A DNA stretch of 64,000 bases from Octopus sinensis (GCF_006345805.1 NC_042999.1:68758001-68822000), one strand, 5' to 3'. Shown: positions 23,950-35,300, counted from the stretch's first letter. Made by a program: numbers and translations. Notes: generated by a model from the sequence alone, not told the origin.

Positions 23950-24200
23950 GTGAGGGTCTTCGCTTGGCGGTTACGTTGTTGCACTCACGGTCGTATTGCG
24001 TGATCGTAGTTTCAATTCCCACACTGGATGGTGCGTTGTGTTCTTGAACAAAACACTTCTTCTCACGTTGTTCGGCGACCACTTCGACACCTGACGCGTG
24101 ATAGACTTGTGCACCCGTTCAGACAACGTCGATTTGATGGAGGGAGCGAGCTAATGTACAATACGTAATTTTGATCACGGTAAACAGATCATTTTTGCAT
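23950..24200 (+). mobile_element. Decayed tRNA-derived SINE
   Basis: A-box-like GCTTGGCGGTT, B-box-like GTTTCAATTCCC, then GCGTTGTGTTCTTGAACAAAACACTT, a central motif shared with the SINE at 42515-42855. Confidence 0.6.
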
Positions 24201-24699
24201 GCTGCAAGGAATTACAGAAGTGTCTTTCTCAGAGAACGAGAAGCAATAATTAATCATTGAAAAAATAAAAAAAAACAGAAAAAAGATACTGATGGAACAT
24301 TCCGATAAAACCAGCAACCTTGTACAAACAAATCATACGTGATAGTGTTCGACGGAGCAGAGGACAACTGCTATACACTGTTGATGAGATGAATTACTTA
24401 GTATATATGAAAAAAACAAAAAACTCATTGAAAGTTGTGAAAAGGGATGTCTATGGCGAACTAACTCAGAACTTACAGCTGTTGATTTAGAAGAGGTTCA
24501 TTGTAAACCGTAGCAAGACCGAGTTGGTGATTATAAAATGTGTTTTTCTGTCAAATATAGAATTCAAGGACAACATGCAAATTGTACCTGGGCAGGGTTT
24601 GGCATGACACCAGAAAGGGCCGCAAGTGATTTATGTAAAGTAATTTATGAAGAGAAAGGGCTGTAAGTAATTTATGTAAAGAACTTATGTTATTATTGT

Positions 24700-24925
24700 T
24701 GCTTCGCGCTAGGCGACGAACCGGCAAAAGCGTTAGCATATCGGCATTTAGTCCAGCTTTACATTCTGAGTTCAAACTCATCCGAGGTAGACTTTGTTTT
24801 CTATCCTTCAAGGGGTGAATAAAATAGCAGTTGAGTACGGTGGATAAATAAGTAAGAGTTGAGCACTGGGGTCGTTATAATCGACTGGCCCCTTCCGCCA
24901 AAAATTTCAGGCCTCGTGCCTATAC
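24700..24925 (+). mobile_element. Family-B SINE (tail-ii)
   Basis: GGCGACGAACCGGCAAAAGCGTTAGC...TTCTGAGTTCAAA...ACTGGGGTCG...AAAATTTCAGGCCTCGTGCCTA. Confidence 0.75.
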
Positions 24926-24929
24926 TCTT

Positions 24930-25192
24930 TTAATCTTTTATTTGTTTCAGTCATTTGATTGCGGTCATGCTGGAGCACCGCCTTTAGTCGAACAAACTGA
25001 CCTCAGGACTCATTCTTTGTAAGCCCAGTACTTATTCGATCGGTGTCTTTTGCCGAACCGCTAAGTTACGGGGAGTTAACACACCAGCATAGGTTGTCAA
25101 GAGATATAGGTGGTGGTGGTGGTGGGACAAACACAAAGACACAATCATGTACACACACACACACACATACATACATACATACATACATACAT

Positions 25193-25282
<90 letters not shown>

Positions 25283-25440
25283 GACGGATTTCTTTCACTT
25301 TTCGTCTACCAAATCCACTCACAAAGCTTTGGTCGGTTCGAGAGGCCATATAGAAGACACTCGCCCAAGGTACCACGCAGTGGAACTGAACCCGGAGCCA
25401 TGTGGTTGGGAAGCAAGCTACTTACCAAACAGCCACTACA
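24930..25440 (-). mobile_element. Family-A SINE, full length, with an expanded internal microsatellite
   Basis: Minus-strand head GTAGTGGCTGTTTGGTAAGTAGCTTGCTTCCCAACCACATGGCTCCGGGTTCAGTTCCACTGCGTGGTACCTTGGGCGAGTGTCTTCTA; standard 3' end at about 24930. Confidence 0.9.
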
Positions 25441-25534
25441 GTAGAAACCGTTACCGTTGTTTCGCTCCAAGATCAGATCTAAAACATTAGATTTTCAAAT
25501 AGCGAACATCAACTATTGTTTTTTAAGATATAAT

Positions 25535-25822
25535 TATGTTGCTGTTTGTTCCTTCTCGAGCCATACCTGGCTCATATGGGCCAGGTTTCATTGGCGTATA
25601 GGTTCCCCACCTGGACGGGACGCCGCTCCGTCACAGGTGAGCTGCTAGATGCACAAGAGAGAAAGTTGTGGCGAAAGAGTCAGCAGAGAAGTACGCCATT
25701 ACCTTCTGCCGGAGACGCGTGGAGCTTAGGTGTTTCGCTCATAAACACATACATCACCCGGTCTGAGATTCGAACCCGCGATCCCAAGTCCGCTGCTCTA
25801 ACCACTGAGCCATGTGCCTCCC
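25535..25822 (-). mobile_element. tRNA-derived SINE, family C
   Basis: Head GGAGGCACATGGCTCAGTGGTTAGAGCAGCGGACTT...CGCGGGTTCGAATCTCAGACC with clear A and B boxes; body CCTGTGACGGAGCGGCGTCCCGTCCAGGTGGGG...TATGAGCCAGGTATGGCTCG. Confidence 0.85.
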
Positions 25823-26019
25823 TAAAGATATAAGCATACTGATGGCTATTTTATTCAGTATGTTTCTTCTCTGCTTTAAGATTTGAGTGGAAGAAAATTT
25901 AACTATTATTGTTGATAGCAATGATTATAGAAATGGTGATAATTATGAAGATGATGGTGGATGTGGATGGTGTTGAAGATGCCGCTGCTGCTTGTTTGTT
26001 TGTTGAGCGAAGCGGTCTT

Positions 26020-26362
26020 CGTCCTAAAAGTCCGAAACGTGGTCCTTTACTATTCGTAAGACCCGCAGAAGAGAAAGCAGGTCAACCCCCGACACCGAGA
26101 GCATCGACGGATGGATGAATGCGCATCCAAGCTCAGCGGTTGCGTAGGAAGTCGGGGACAAGAAACAAGAAGAAAGAGTGAGGGAAAGTTGGAGCGAAAG
26201 AGGTACATCAGGGGTCGCCCCCCCCCCACCGCCTGCCGGAGCCTCCTGGAGCTTTAGATGTTTTCGCTCAATAAACACACACAACGCCCGATCTGGGAAT
26301 CGAAACCGCGATCCTCCGACCGCGAGTCCGCTGCCCTAACCATTGGGCCATTGCGCCTCCAC
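26020..26362 (-). mobile_element. tRNA-derived SINE with a family-C-like head but a different body
   Basis: Head GGAGGCGCAATGGCCCAATGGTTAGGGCAGCGGACTCGCGGTCGGAGGATCGCGGTTTCGATTCCCAGA...TTTATTGAGCGAAAACATCTAAAGCTCCA. Confidence 0.8.
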
Positions 26363-28084
26363 TTGCCGCTGCTGCTACTGATGATGGTGATTAATGACGT
26401 GATGCTGATGAAGATGATGAGGACAATGAATACGACAATGATGATGTCCATGGTGTGAAGGGGACAAGAATATAAAAAAGAGGTATATAACGATACATAA
26501 AAAAGCGAAGCTGAAAGAGGAGGAAGTGAATGTGGTGGGAGCAAAGTAAGAAGGAGAAGGAGGATGAGGGGGGAGAAGGAGGAGGTGAATAGTGACAAGT
26601 GAAAGTGAGAGGAGGGAGACGATGAATGTACGAGCAGAAGAAAATGCTTTTGTGTGTACATATACGGAGTGTCTCTATATGTGTGTATATGTGGGTTTGT
26701 GAATATTGTTTGTAGTGTTTAGGTGTATACCTATATACATATGTGTGTATGTATGTATGTGCTCGTATTTACACACACACACACACACACACAAGCATAG
26801 ATGTATATATGCGTATATGTTTGTTACTGCAAGTTTGTATGTATTTCTATGTACGTACATGTAAGTGCATGTAAGTGTGTGTGTGTGTGTGTGTGTCTGT
26901 ATGTATATGTATGTATGTGTACGTGTTTGTATATGTGTATGAGAGAGATGGAAAAGAGAGAGAGAGAGAGACAGATAGATAGATAAAGAGAGAGTGACAG
27001 ATAGAATGGGGTGGAGAGAGAGGGAGGGAGAGAGAGAAAGAGAAAGAGAGAGAGAGAGAAATTAGTGACAATATGATACTCTATACGGGTTCCAATTGCT
27101 TAAATCTTGAGAACACGAGCGCGGCACGTCGCCGCTGCTGCCGTCCTTTATAATGTATCTCTTTTATTGGCTGATAACCAATCAATCACGTGAGACTGTA
27201 GGACAGCAACAGCAACAACAAGAAAAAACAACACAACGATTTATACAACATCCTTTATAGTTTGAACAAGTAAAACAAACAATAATAATAACGGAGACAA
27301 CAAGACGGATAATGATTATAAAAGTTTAGCATTTTGAAAAACCACAAATTTACGAACCACAACCACAACAGCAGCAACAACAACAACAACAAAGATTAGA
27401 GGAAGAGTTGCGAGCCAGCGACGGAACTTCTTTGTGATCACTAGATCTGCTAGAAATAGCAGCCAAATTCTAACTCCAAACTACCATATTAAAATTGTGA
27501 ACACGTTAGTGTAGTAGTTCTAATTGGAGCCCACATGACTCCTGGAGGCCCATATAAGATTTTACTGCTAACATTTGATACCAATAAGTTGGTTAAACCT
27601 CTACAATACGCAAAATATTTTAATAATTTTCTTTAATGCATTTCCTAATAATATGGGTTTCAAATTTTGGCTCGAGGCCAGCAATTTCTGGGGGAGAGAT
27701 AAGTCGATTACATCGACCCCCAGTGTTCAACTGGTACTTATTTAATCGAGCTATAAATGGCAACGATTAGGTGCATCGAAAAGGTAGGGCCTCTGACGTC
27801 TTTGAGGCGAGAATGGCCTTTGACCTCTTCCTGGAAAGTGAATCATGAACGATGCATTGCTCGTGTTAGAATACATAATCTGCAAGGATCAATGGGTCAA
27901 GTTAACAGGGTAAAGCGGAGCAGCAAAGCCACACATCAGTTTGTTGTAATTAATAAAGTACAAATGTCGATGATATTGACTGACCGTACCCTTCAAAATA
28001 TTAGGGTTTTGTGTTTAAATTAGAACCTACTGTTTTTATAATTGTTTTCCTAGTTGCTATTTTATTTCTCCATCTTTAGCATTA

Positions 28085-28490
28085 ATATCCATTTCTACCT
28101 CTGGTATAAGGCCCGAATCTTTTGAGGAGAGAGGGCCAGTCGATTAGATCGGCCCCAGTACCAAGTGGTACTTAATTTATTAGCCCTGAAATGATGAAAG
28201 CCAAAGTCGACCTCGGCGGAATTTGAACTCAGAACGTAGCGGCAGACGAAATACCTATTTCTTTACTACCCACAAGGAGCTTAACACAGAGGGGACAAAC
28301 AAGGACAGACAAACGGATTAAGTCGATTATATCGACCCCAGTGCGTAACTGGTACTTAATTAATCGACCCCGAAAGGATGAAAGGCAAAGTCGACCTCGG
28401 CGGAATTTGAACTCAGAACGTAACGGCAGACGAAATACCACTAAGCATTTCACCCGGCGTGCTAACGTTTCTGCCAGCTCGCCGCGTTCT
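28085..28490 (-). mobile_element. Family-B SINE dimer: head+core+tail-i fused to core+tail-ii
   Basis: Junction at 28241-28270 on the plus strand: GGCAGACGAAATACCTATTTCTTTACTACC. The second unit is more diverged. Confidence 0.9.
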
Positions 28491-28954
28491 TCAGCATTAA
28501 TATCATTTCACTGTTCTTATTATATCCAATGCACTGTTGATGGCGCCTGCTGTGTTAATGAAGAAAATCGAAGTGAAAAACGTGACACATGTTTCAAAAT
28601 GCGGCATTTGATAAAGTAAAGAGGGTAAATACAACAAAGTTAAATAAACGAAACAACCAAAAGAAAAAGAAATAAAAATGTATACAGAAATACTCGCGTC
28701 TATACAAGTGAATATACTTTAAACATAAAATGCAGAACGATGACAGCGAATCTATTTCTATATGTCTGTCTCTCTACTTCAGTACACACACACTCACACA
28801 CACATACAAACATACACACTCATATATACATACACTGAGAGAAGAAATTGTTGGGGAGAGACAAGAAGCGAAACATTAACAATAGCAGAAAAAGAAAGAA
28901 AAAGAACGGATTTTATATTATATTATATTATATTATATTATATTATATTATTTT

Positions 28955-29999
28955 ACTTGCAGAGATACCCGGCGTTGCCCGGTTACATTCAATTGAAGAA
29001 TTAGACTTTTTTGTAATATTTTCTGAATGAACTGGAATATCTATGTTTCGAATTTCATCAAAATTGCAGATGGGGGTCATTTCCCTCTTTACACACCCTA
29101 AAAAAATTGTAATCGTGCCAAATGGAAACCAAAAAACGAATGATCACAATAAACAGTCAGTTACCCTACCCTAATCGTTACCACTCCCAATGTAGGATTC
29201 CTCACCATCCAGGAGACAGGCATAGCCGTAAGATGCATTACGAATCTATAGCAATTGGAAGGGCGTGACTCAACTGAAATCAACATTACCAACTGTGTGA
29301 CGTGAGGGCTTAGGAGAAATTAAAGTGTCACCTCTGGAGTTTGCAAATGACCACTATACTGATACGTAACTGGACAGAATGAATTTAAAATCTATAAATG
29401 TCTTTGAATAACCAGTCACTCATCTGGGAAGGCCTTGTAATCAATGTTACCATCTGGGGACTATGTGTGACCGAGTGATAATAAAAAGACTGAAAGGAGG
29501 TCTGCAATCAAATAACTTTACTCAACACTTTGCAACTGAATCAGTGGAGACAAAGATGCTTCTCATTTACTTAACAATTTATGCACCACATTGCAGAAAT
29601 CACAATGTAAGTGTATGTCAAAGCAAACTGTTACACTGTTATACCATTGAATTAGAAATAATGCCCAACTTCCAAGAGCACAACTGTATTCGTTTTTGCT
29701 TAGATAAAATGACAAAATCGTGGGTGTTAAGTCCCCATGGAGGGGTCTTTCTAACTTTGTAAGAAGATGAAATTTTATAAATATTACTTCATTTGTGTCT
29801 AATATCTATGGTTAAAATTTCATCAACAGCAAAAATATATGAATTGTCATGGGGGTTATGGCCCTTATGCTTAGAATATAATTTCCAAATTTCATAAAGA
29901 TCCATTCAGTACTTTTGACCTAGTTTTGGATCATAAAAGAAATTACTAAAATTTGGGAGTTAACGCTCCCATTAGGGTGTTATATATATATATATAGAT
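28955..29999 (+). mobile_element. Non-autonomous Helitron-like element (HINE/Lep1-like architecture)
   Basis: 5' end ACTTGCAGAGATACCCGGCGTTGCCCGG, similar to 43404; 3' hairpin GGGAG-TTAACG-CTCCC (29955-29970) followed by TTATATATA...TAGAT; contains the recurrent CAAATTTCAT/GAATTTCATCAAAAT motifs. Confidence 0.6.
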
Positions 30000-30084
30000 A
30001 TACACACACACAAAGATAAATTGATAGATACAACTGAGTGGGCAAACAAAAATATGAGACACAGCCTAGTGCTTTTTTATGTTG

Positions 30085-30270
30085 ATAAGCCTAGTACTTA
30101 TTCTATCAGTTTGTTCTTGTGAAACCAGTAAGTTTTGTGGATGTAAATAAATTAACAGCAGTTGGGAAGCAGTGTTGAGGGCGAAACACAGACACAAAGG
30201 CCCACACATACACTTACATATATACATATATATACGATTGATTTGTTTCAGTTCCTGTCTACGAAATCCA
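30085..30270 (-). mobile_element. 3' part of a family-A SINE abutting the RTE 3' tail
   Basis: Minus strand: GGATTTCGTAGACAGGAACTGAAAC...GATAGAATAAGTACTAGGCTT. Confidence 0.7.
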
Positions 30271-30276
30271 TATATA

Positions 30277-32700
30277 TTGTTGTTGGCATCCTTTTTGTCT
30301 CGGGAGACAATGGAGTTGCGCATAAAATAATCTAGTCCGGCTTTTACATTTTATGTCCTAATACATCTCCTGCTGTGGCTGTGTAGTCCTATACTGGACA
30401 AACACTCCCTCTGGCAGGTGCCGCAAATGTAGCGAAGACTTTGCCTGGCTGGTTGTAGTGTCATACTTTCTTGTTGACATCTTTTCTTGTCTTTCCATTT
30501 CTCCTCTCTCTCTATGTCACTCCTTTGTGTTCCCTCTTTTACGGTACGTCGCCAATCTCCACGGTTGCTGGCAACTGCTTCCCAGTTGGTAATATTGATG
30601 TTGCAGGCATTCATGTCCCTTTTGCAAACATCCTTGTATCGTAAGAACGGTCTTCCCACAGACCTAGTGCCCCTAGCAAGCTCTCCGTTGAGTATGTCCT
30701 TGGGGATTCTGCCATCTTCTCTACAGCTAACATGTCGAAGCCATCTCATACGCCTTTGTGTGAGGAGTGTAAACATGCTTGGTATTCCCGCTTGCTTGAG
30801 GACATCTTTGTTGGGGACATGATTCTGCCATTTGATGCGAAAGATTTTCCGGAGGCAGCGCAGGTGAAAGATATTTAGGCGACGTATGGCGTCGTATGGC
30901 GTGTGTATGGCGTCCAAGTCTCACTTCCATACAGTAGAGTGCTAAGTACACATGCCTGGTAAATCTTCATTTTTGTGGTCTTGGTCAGCTTATTGTTGTC
31001 CCATGCCCGTTTGGAGAGTTCGGCCATCATAGCAGCTGCCTTGCAAATGCGTATATTGAGCTCAGTATCAAGGGATAGGTTGTATGTGACGGTAGAGCCA
31101 AGATAGGTAAACTTCTCCACCTCCTGTAGTCTGTGGTCTCCAATATGTATGTTTGGGATGGTCTATGTAGCCTGACCCATGATGTTGGTCTTCTTGAGGC
31201 TGATAAAAAAGCCAAAGTTGCCACATGCTTGCTCAAAACAGTTGATGAGCCTTTGTAGGGCTTCTTCTGTGTGTGATACCAGAGCGGCATCATCAGCAAA
31301 TAGCATATCCTTGATCAGGACGCTTCTGATTTTGGCCTTGGCACGCAGACGCGAGAGATTGAACAGTTTCCCATCACTTCTACTGTGCAGAAACACTCCA
31401 TCATCTGATGTCACAAAGGCATGTGACAGCAGCAGCGAGAAGAAGATGCCAAATAATGTAGGAGCAAGGGCACAACCTTGCTTTACCCCGTTTTTTATTT
31501 GGAAGGCGGCTGATGTTGAACCATTGTGCTGTATGGTTCCTTGCATATCATCATGGAAAGATGTGATGATCCTCAGCAGCTTTGGTGGACATCCGATTTT
31601 TTGGAGCAGGATGAAGAGGCCTTCTCTACTTACCAAGTCAAAGGCCGTTGTCAGATCAATGAAGGTCATATATAATGGCATTTTCTGCTCTCTGGACTTC
31701 TCCTGAAGTTGGCGTATGGAGAATATCATGTCAATAGTTGATCTGCTTCTTCTAAAGCCACACTGCCATTCTGGATAAATTAGAGAAGCAAGCAGTTGCA
31801 GCCTGGACAGGATAATACGAGCAGAGGCCTTTCCAACAGTGCTTAGAAGAGATATTCCACGGTAATTGTTACAATCACCACGGTCACCTTTGTTTTTGTA
31901 AAGCGTAATGATGTTAGCATCCCGCATATCCTGAGAGACTGTACCCTCTTCCCAGCACTGACACAGAAGCTCATGAATCTGCCGAAGCAGGATGGTGTTT
32001 TTGCCGGTTTTGATGATCTCTAAGGGGATGCCGTCTTTTCCCGGAGCCTTGTTACTTGCTAGGGAGTCAATAGCCTTGGTGAGCTCTGCTATAGATGGCA
32101 GACTGTCAAGTTCACACATGACTGGCAAGATCTTGACACCCTCGATTGCAGCCTCAGCTACCGTGGTCTCTCGTGAATAGAGATCCTGGTTGTACTTCAC
32201 CCATCTATCCATTTGCTTGCTTTGGTCCTTGATGAGATCCCCAGTAGTTTATTTCAGAGGGGCTGACTTGGTTGCGGATGGACCGAGGGCCTTCTTCAAA
32301 CCGGCATACATTCCACGGGTGTCGCCACTGTCAGCAGCTGAATGGATACTCTGACAGATTTCCTGCCAATACCTATTTGCACAGCGTCTGGCAGTCAGTT
32401 GGGTTTTATTTCTTGCCTTTCTGAGTTCTTCGAGTGACTTTATAGAAGAATCACTCTTGTATTACATCAGAGCTGCACGCGTTGTTTCGATAACTGTTGC
32501 TAGCTCTGAGAGCCCAGCACTGAACAAAATCTGGGTTTTGCCTTTCTGTTATGCCGAAAGTATCTGTTGATGTGGTATACAAAGCTTCCCCGATATAATT
32601 CCACCTACTTTCAGCAGAGGTGGTTGGGCAGCTACTGAGGGCAACTTTGATAGAAACAGCAAAACATTGTCGCAGTGTAGGGTCGGAGGTTCTCGCAGTG
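30277..32700 (-). mobile_element. RTE-clade LINE, 5'-truncated, frameshifted ORF (RT plus C-terminal zinc knuckle)
   Basis: ORF 31163-32212: KAPGKDGIP, NYRGISLLS, QCGFRRSRST.DMIF, FIDLTTAFD, GVKQGCALAPTLF, LFADD. Fragment 30875-31120: FTYLGS. Fragment 30351-30917: RMRWL.HV, CGTCQRECLSSIGLHSH. 3' end CCATTGTCTCCCGAGACAAAAAGGATGCC(AAC)3. Confidence 0.95.
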
Positions 32701-33719
32701 TTAATGTACTTTCCCTGATTATCTACGACTTTCTTCCATCTATTTACAAGCTTTTTAATCCCATCAATGTAAAACTCTTTTGGTTTCAAAGCGAAGAACT
32801 CTGAAATGTCAGGTTCGACCTCCTCCTGGCTTGCGAAAGTTGTGTCCCCCTAATAATTCTGTAAACTATGAAACAAATGGTATCCTGAAGGAGTAAGGTC
32901 GGGAGAATAAGTTGGATGAAGAAATTTTTCCAAACCGACCTCTTCGATCTTCTGCGATGTGATCTTTGCAGTGTGGGGTTGCGCATTGACCTGATGAAAC
33001 ATCACTCGTTTTCGACTCACAAAAGCGGCTCTTTTTTCCTTCAAAGCTTGGTTCAAACGCTCTAATTGCTGATAGTAGATTTGAGCATTGATTGTTGCAT
33101 TAGGTGGTAACAATATAAAGTGAATTACGCCTTTGCAATCGCACCAGATAGAGTAGAACCTTTTGCCCATGAAGTTCCCTTCTCGGTTGTGGTTGAGCAT
33201 TTTCCCTTTTACCAAGCCACTGTTTATGACGTTTAACATTTCGATAAAAAATCCATTTTTCGTCACAAGTCTATCGAAAAAGAGTGAAATGAGTTTGCGA
33301 GAATGGAGAGAAGAGCAGATGTCAACTCAGGATTTGCGGTTGCTTTCGAACAATACATGAGGCACCTATTTTCCAAGTTTAGGAATCTTTCCACGTTGTT
33401 GAAGATGACGATGAACTGTTGTATGGTTTGAAGTAAGCTTTATTGCCAATTCTTCAACTGATAATGACGGATTTTCTTCAAGTAATGCTTCAAGGAGCTT
33501 ATCATCAAACTCAACTGGACATCCTATTCGATCTTCATCTTCAAGTTTGCAAACGATCTCCTGCAAGTTCTTTCATTCAAGCACTTTCCCATAAACTGAG
33601 TGTATTTTTCGAGTCACTTCGGCTGCAGAGTAACCTTTATTGTACCCATAAAGAATTATATGTGCCTCAAATGCTCCTTGGATACTTCCATGTTGAAAGG
33701 GTTTTAATCAAAGCAATTT
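32701..33719 (-). mobile_element. Mariner (DD34D, Mos1/SETMAR-like) transposase pseudogene
   Basis: Joined fragments: MEVSKEHLRHI...LEENPSLSVEELA...GK*VPH.L...EKWIFY...IWCDCKGVIHF.LLPPN.TIN...MFHQVNAQPH...YSPDLTPSGYHLF...FYIDGIKKLVNRWKKVVDNQGKYI. Confidence 0.93.
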
Positions 33720-33721
33720 TA

Positions 33722-34222
33722 GGTTGTCCACGAAGTCTGGATACATGGAATAAAATCATAACATAAACAACAAATATAAGAAATAATAATTTTCCTTTTT
33801 TACATTTGTTTAAATTAAATAAAAAAATACTTTACTTTTCTAAATTTATCTGTTATGTTTTCTACAGATGATCGAATGATGGCTCTGTCTAAAGAAGAAA
33901 GAATCCCAGATTGAATGATGGATCTGTCTAAAGAAGAAAGAATTGATTTAATATTATTAAGTGGACGAGAGGGATGGTCTTATCGCAAAATTGCCGAAGA
34001 ATTTAATCTTCGACACTCTTATAGGTAACCTATTTTTTTTTTTACTGCCGTCGGGAAATTGATCAAGAAATTTAAAGAAACAGGCAGTGTTTTGGATAAA
34101 CCCAGTTCCGGGCGACCAAAGACTTCAGATAAAACGAAAGAGGCTGTCATGGCTAAAGTTTCTGCTAGCCCAAAGAAATCACTTCGTCGGACATCCACGG
34201 TGTTAGATGTTCCACCTCGTTA
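33722..34222 (+). mobile_element. 5' part of a Tc1/mariner-superfamily element with a DUF4817/HTH-type transposase N-terminus
   Basis: TA, then TIR-like GGTTGTCCACGAAGTCTGGATACAT. Coding remnant MALSKEERIDLILLSGREGWSYRKIAEEFN...VGKLIKKFKETGSVLDKPSSGRPKTS...VSASPKKSLRRTS. A duplicated GAATGATGG.TCTGTCTAAAGAAGAAAGAAT lies at the start. Confidence 0.75.
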
Positions 34223-34493
34223 GGGTTAAACAGCCCTTATCGAATGTTTTCACTGTCCTGTTTTTGTTAGCAGCTTTGACGTTCCACGCCTCTCAAATTT
34301 TAATTAATTTGCTTAGGGGGAGCAATTGCTTTGACGAAGACGCATCTTGTTGCACTGCTCGCAATGCAGAGTAGAGTAGGTAAATCTGCCAACAATTGAG
34401 GAAGGGTTGTTTTTTTATGCTGCCTTCGCGCTATAGTTCTCAATATATAATGGAAACCCAACCCAACCCAATCCGTTTGTAATAGTGACACTA

Positions 34494-35150
34494 ATGCCAT
34501 AGCGTCGACTGTGGGGTGGCAGCTGTGTACAGTCGCCCCAATGTCGCCCAGAGCGAGCTGTTGTCGCCATAGCGTCGACTGTGGGCTGGTAGCTGTGTAC
34601 AGTCGCCCCAATGCCGCCCAGAGCGAGCTCTTGTCGCCATAGCGTCGACTGTGGGCTGGTAGCTGTGTACAGTCGCCCCAATGCCGCCCAGAGCGAGCTC
34701 TGATCGCCATTGCGTTGACTGTGGGCTGGTAGCTGTGTACTGTCGCCCCAATGCCGCCTAGAGCGAGCTCTGATCGCCATAGCGTTGACTGTAGGCTGGT
34801 AGCTGTGTACAGTCGTCCCAATGTCGCCCAGAGCGAGCTCTGGTCGCCATTGCGTTGACTGTGGGCTGGTAGCTGTGTACTGTCGCCCCAATGCCGCCTA
34901 GAGCGAGCTCTGATCGCCATAGCGTTGACTGTAGGCTGGTAGCTGTGTACAGTCGCCCCAATGTCGCCCAGAGCGAGCTCTGGTCGCCATAGCGAGCTCT
35001 GGTCGCCATAGCGAGCTCTGGTCGCCATAGCGAGCTCTGGTCGCCATAGCGAGCTCTGGTCGCCATAGCGAGCTCTGGTCGCCATAGCGTCGACTGTGGG
35101 CTGGTAGCTGTGTACAGTCGCCCCAATGTCGCCCAGAGCGAGCTCTGGCT
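34494..35150. repeat. GC-rich minisatellite: seven 70-bp units, five 19-bp subunits, then one more 70-bp unit
   Basis: Unit AGCGTCGACTGTGGGCTGGTAGCTGTGTACAGTCGCCCCAATGTCGCCCAGAGCGAGCTCTGGTCGCCAT starts at 34501, 34571, 34641, 34711, 34781, 34851 and 34921. AGCGAGCTCTGGTCGCCAT x5 spans 34991-35085. The last unit starts at 35086. Confidence 0.97.
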
Positions 35151-35159
35151 GGTACATTG

Positions 35160-35300
35160 CTATAGCAGAAGACATATGCCATCTTAGACAACAAACAGAT
35201 GTTTTAGTTTAACACTCGGAAAGTGAAAAAGTCTTTAACGTTTCGAGCCTACGCTCTTCCACAGAAAGGAACGCAGAAAGAAACAAGGAGAGAAAATAAA
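35160..35300 (-). mobile_element. Penelope-like terminal segment with a variant minimal hammerhead motif
   Basis: Minus strand at 35233-35268: CTTT-CTGTGGA-A-GAGC(GTAG)GCTC-GAAACGTT-AAAG. Confidence 0.6.

Noticed and set aside
25750-25822. Functional tRNA genes at SINE heads (also 26290-26362 and 42780-42855)
   Set aside because: A and B boxes are present, but the acceptor stems are not complementary and the sequences continue into SINE bodies.
34494-35150. CRISPR-like array (palindromic repeats)
   Set aside because: Units are contiguous with no unique spacers, there are no cas genes, and the context is eukaryotic. It is a minisatellite.
34494-35150. HDV-like or twister ribozyme multimer (CTCG loop, TGGGCGAC resembles HDV)
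   Set aside because: I could not build the nested double pseudoknot or the twister core by eye; only simple hairpins are supported.
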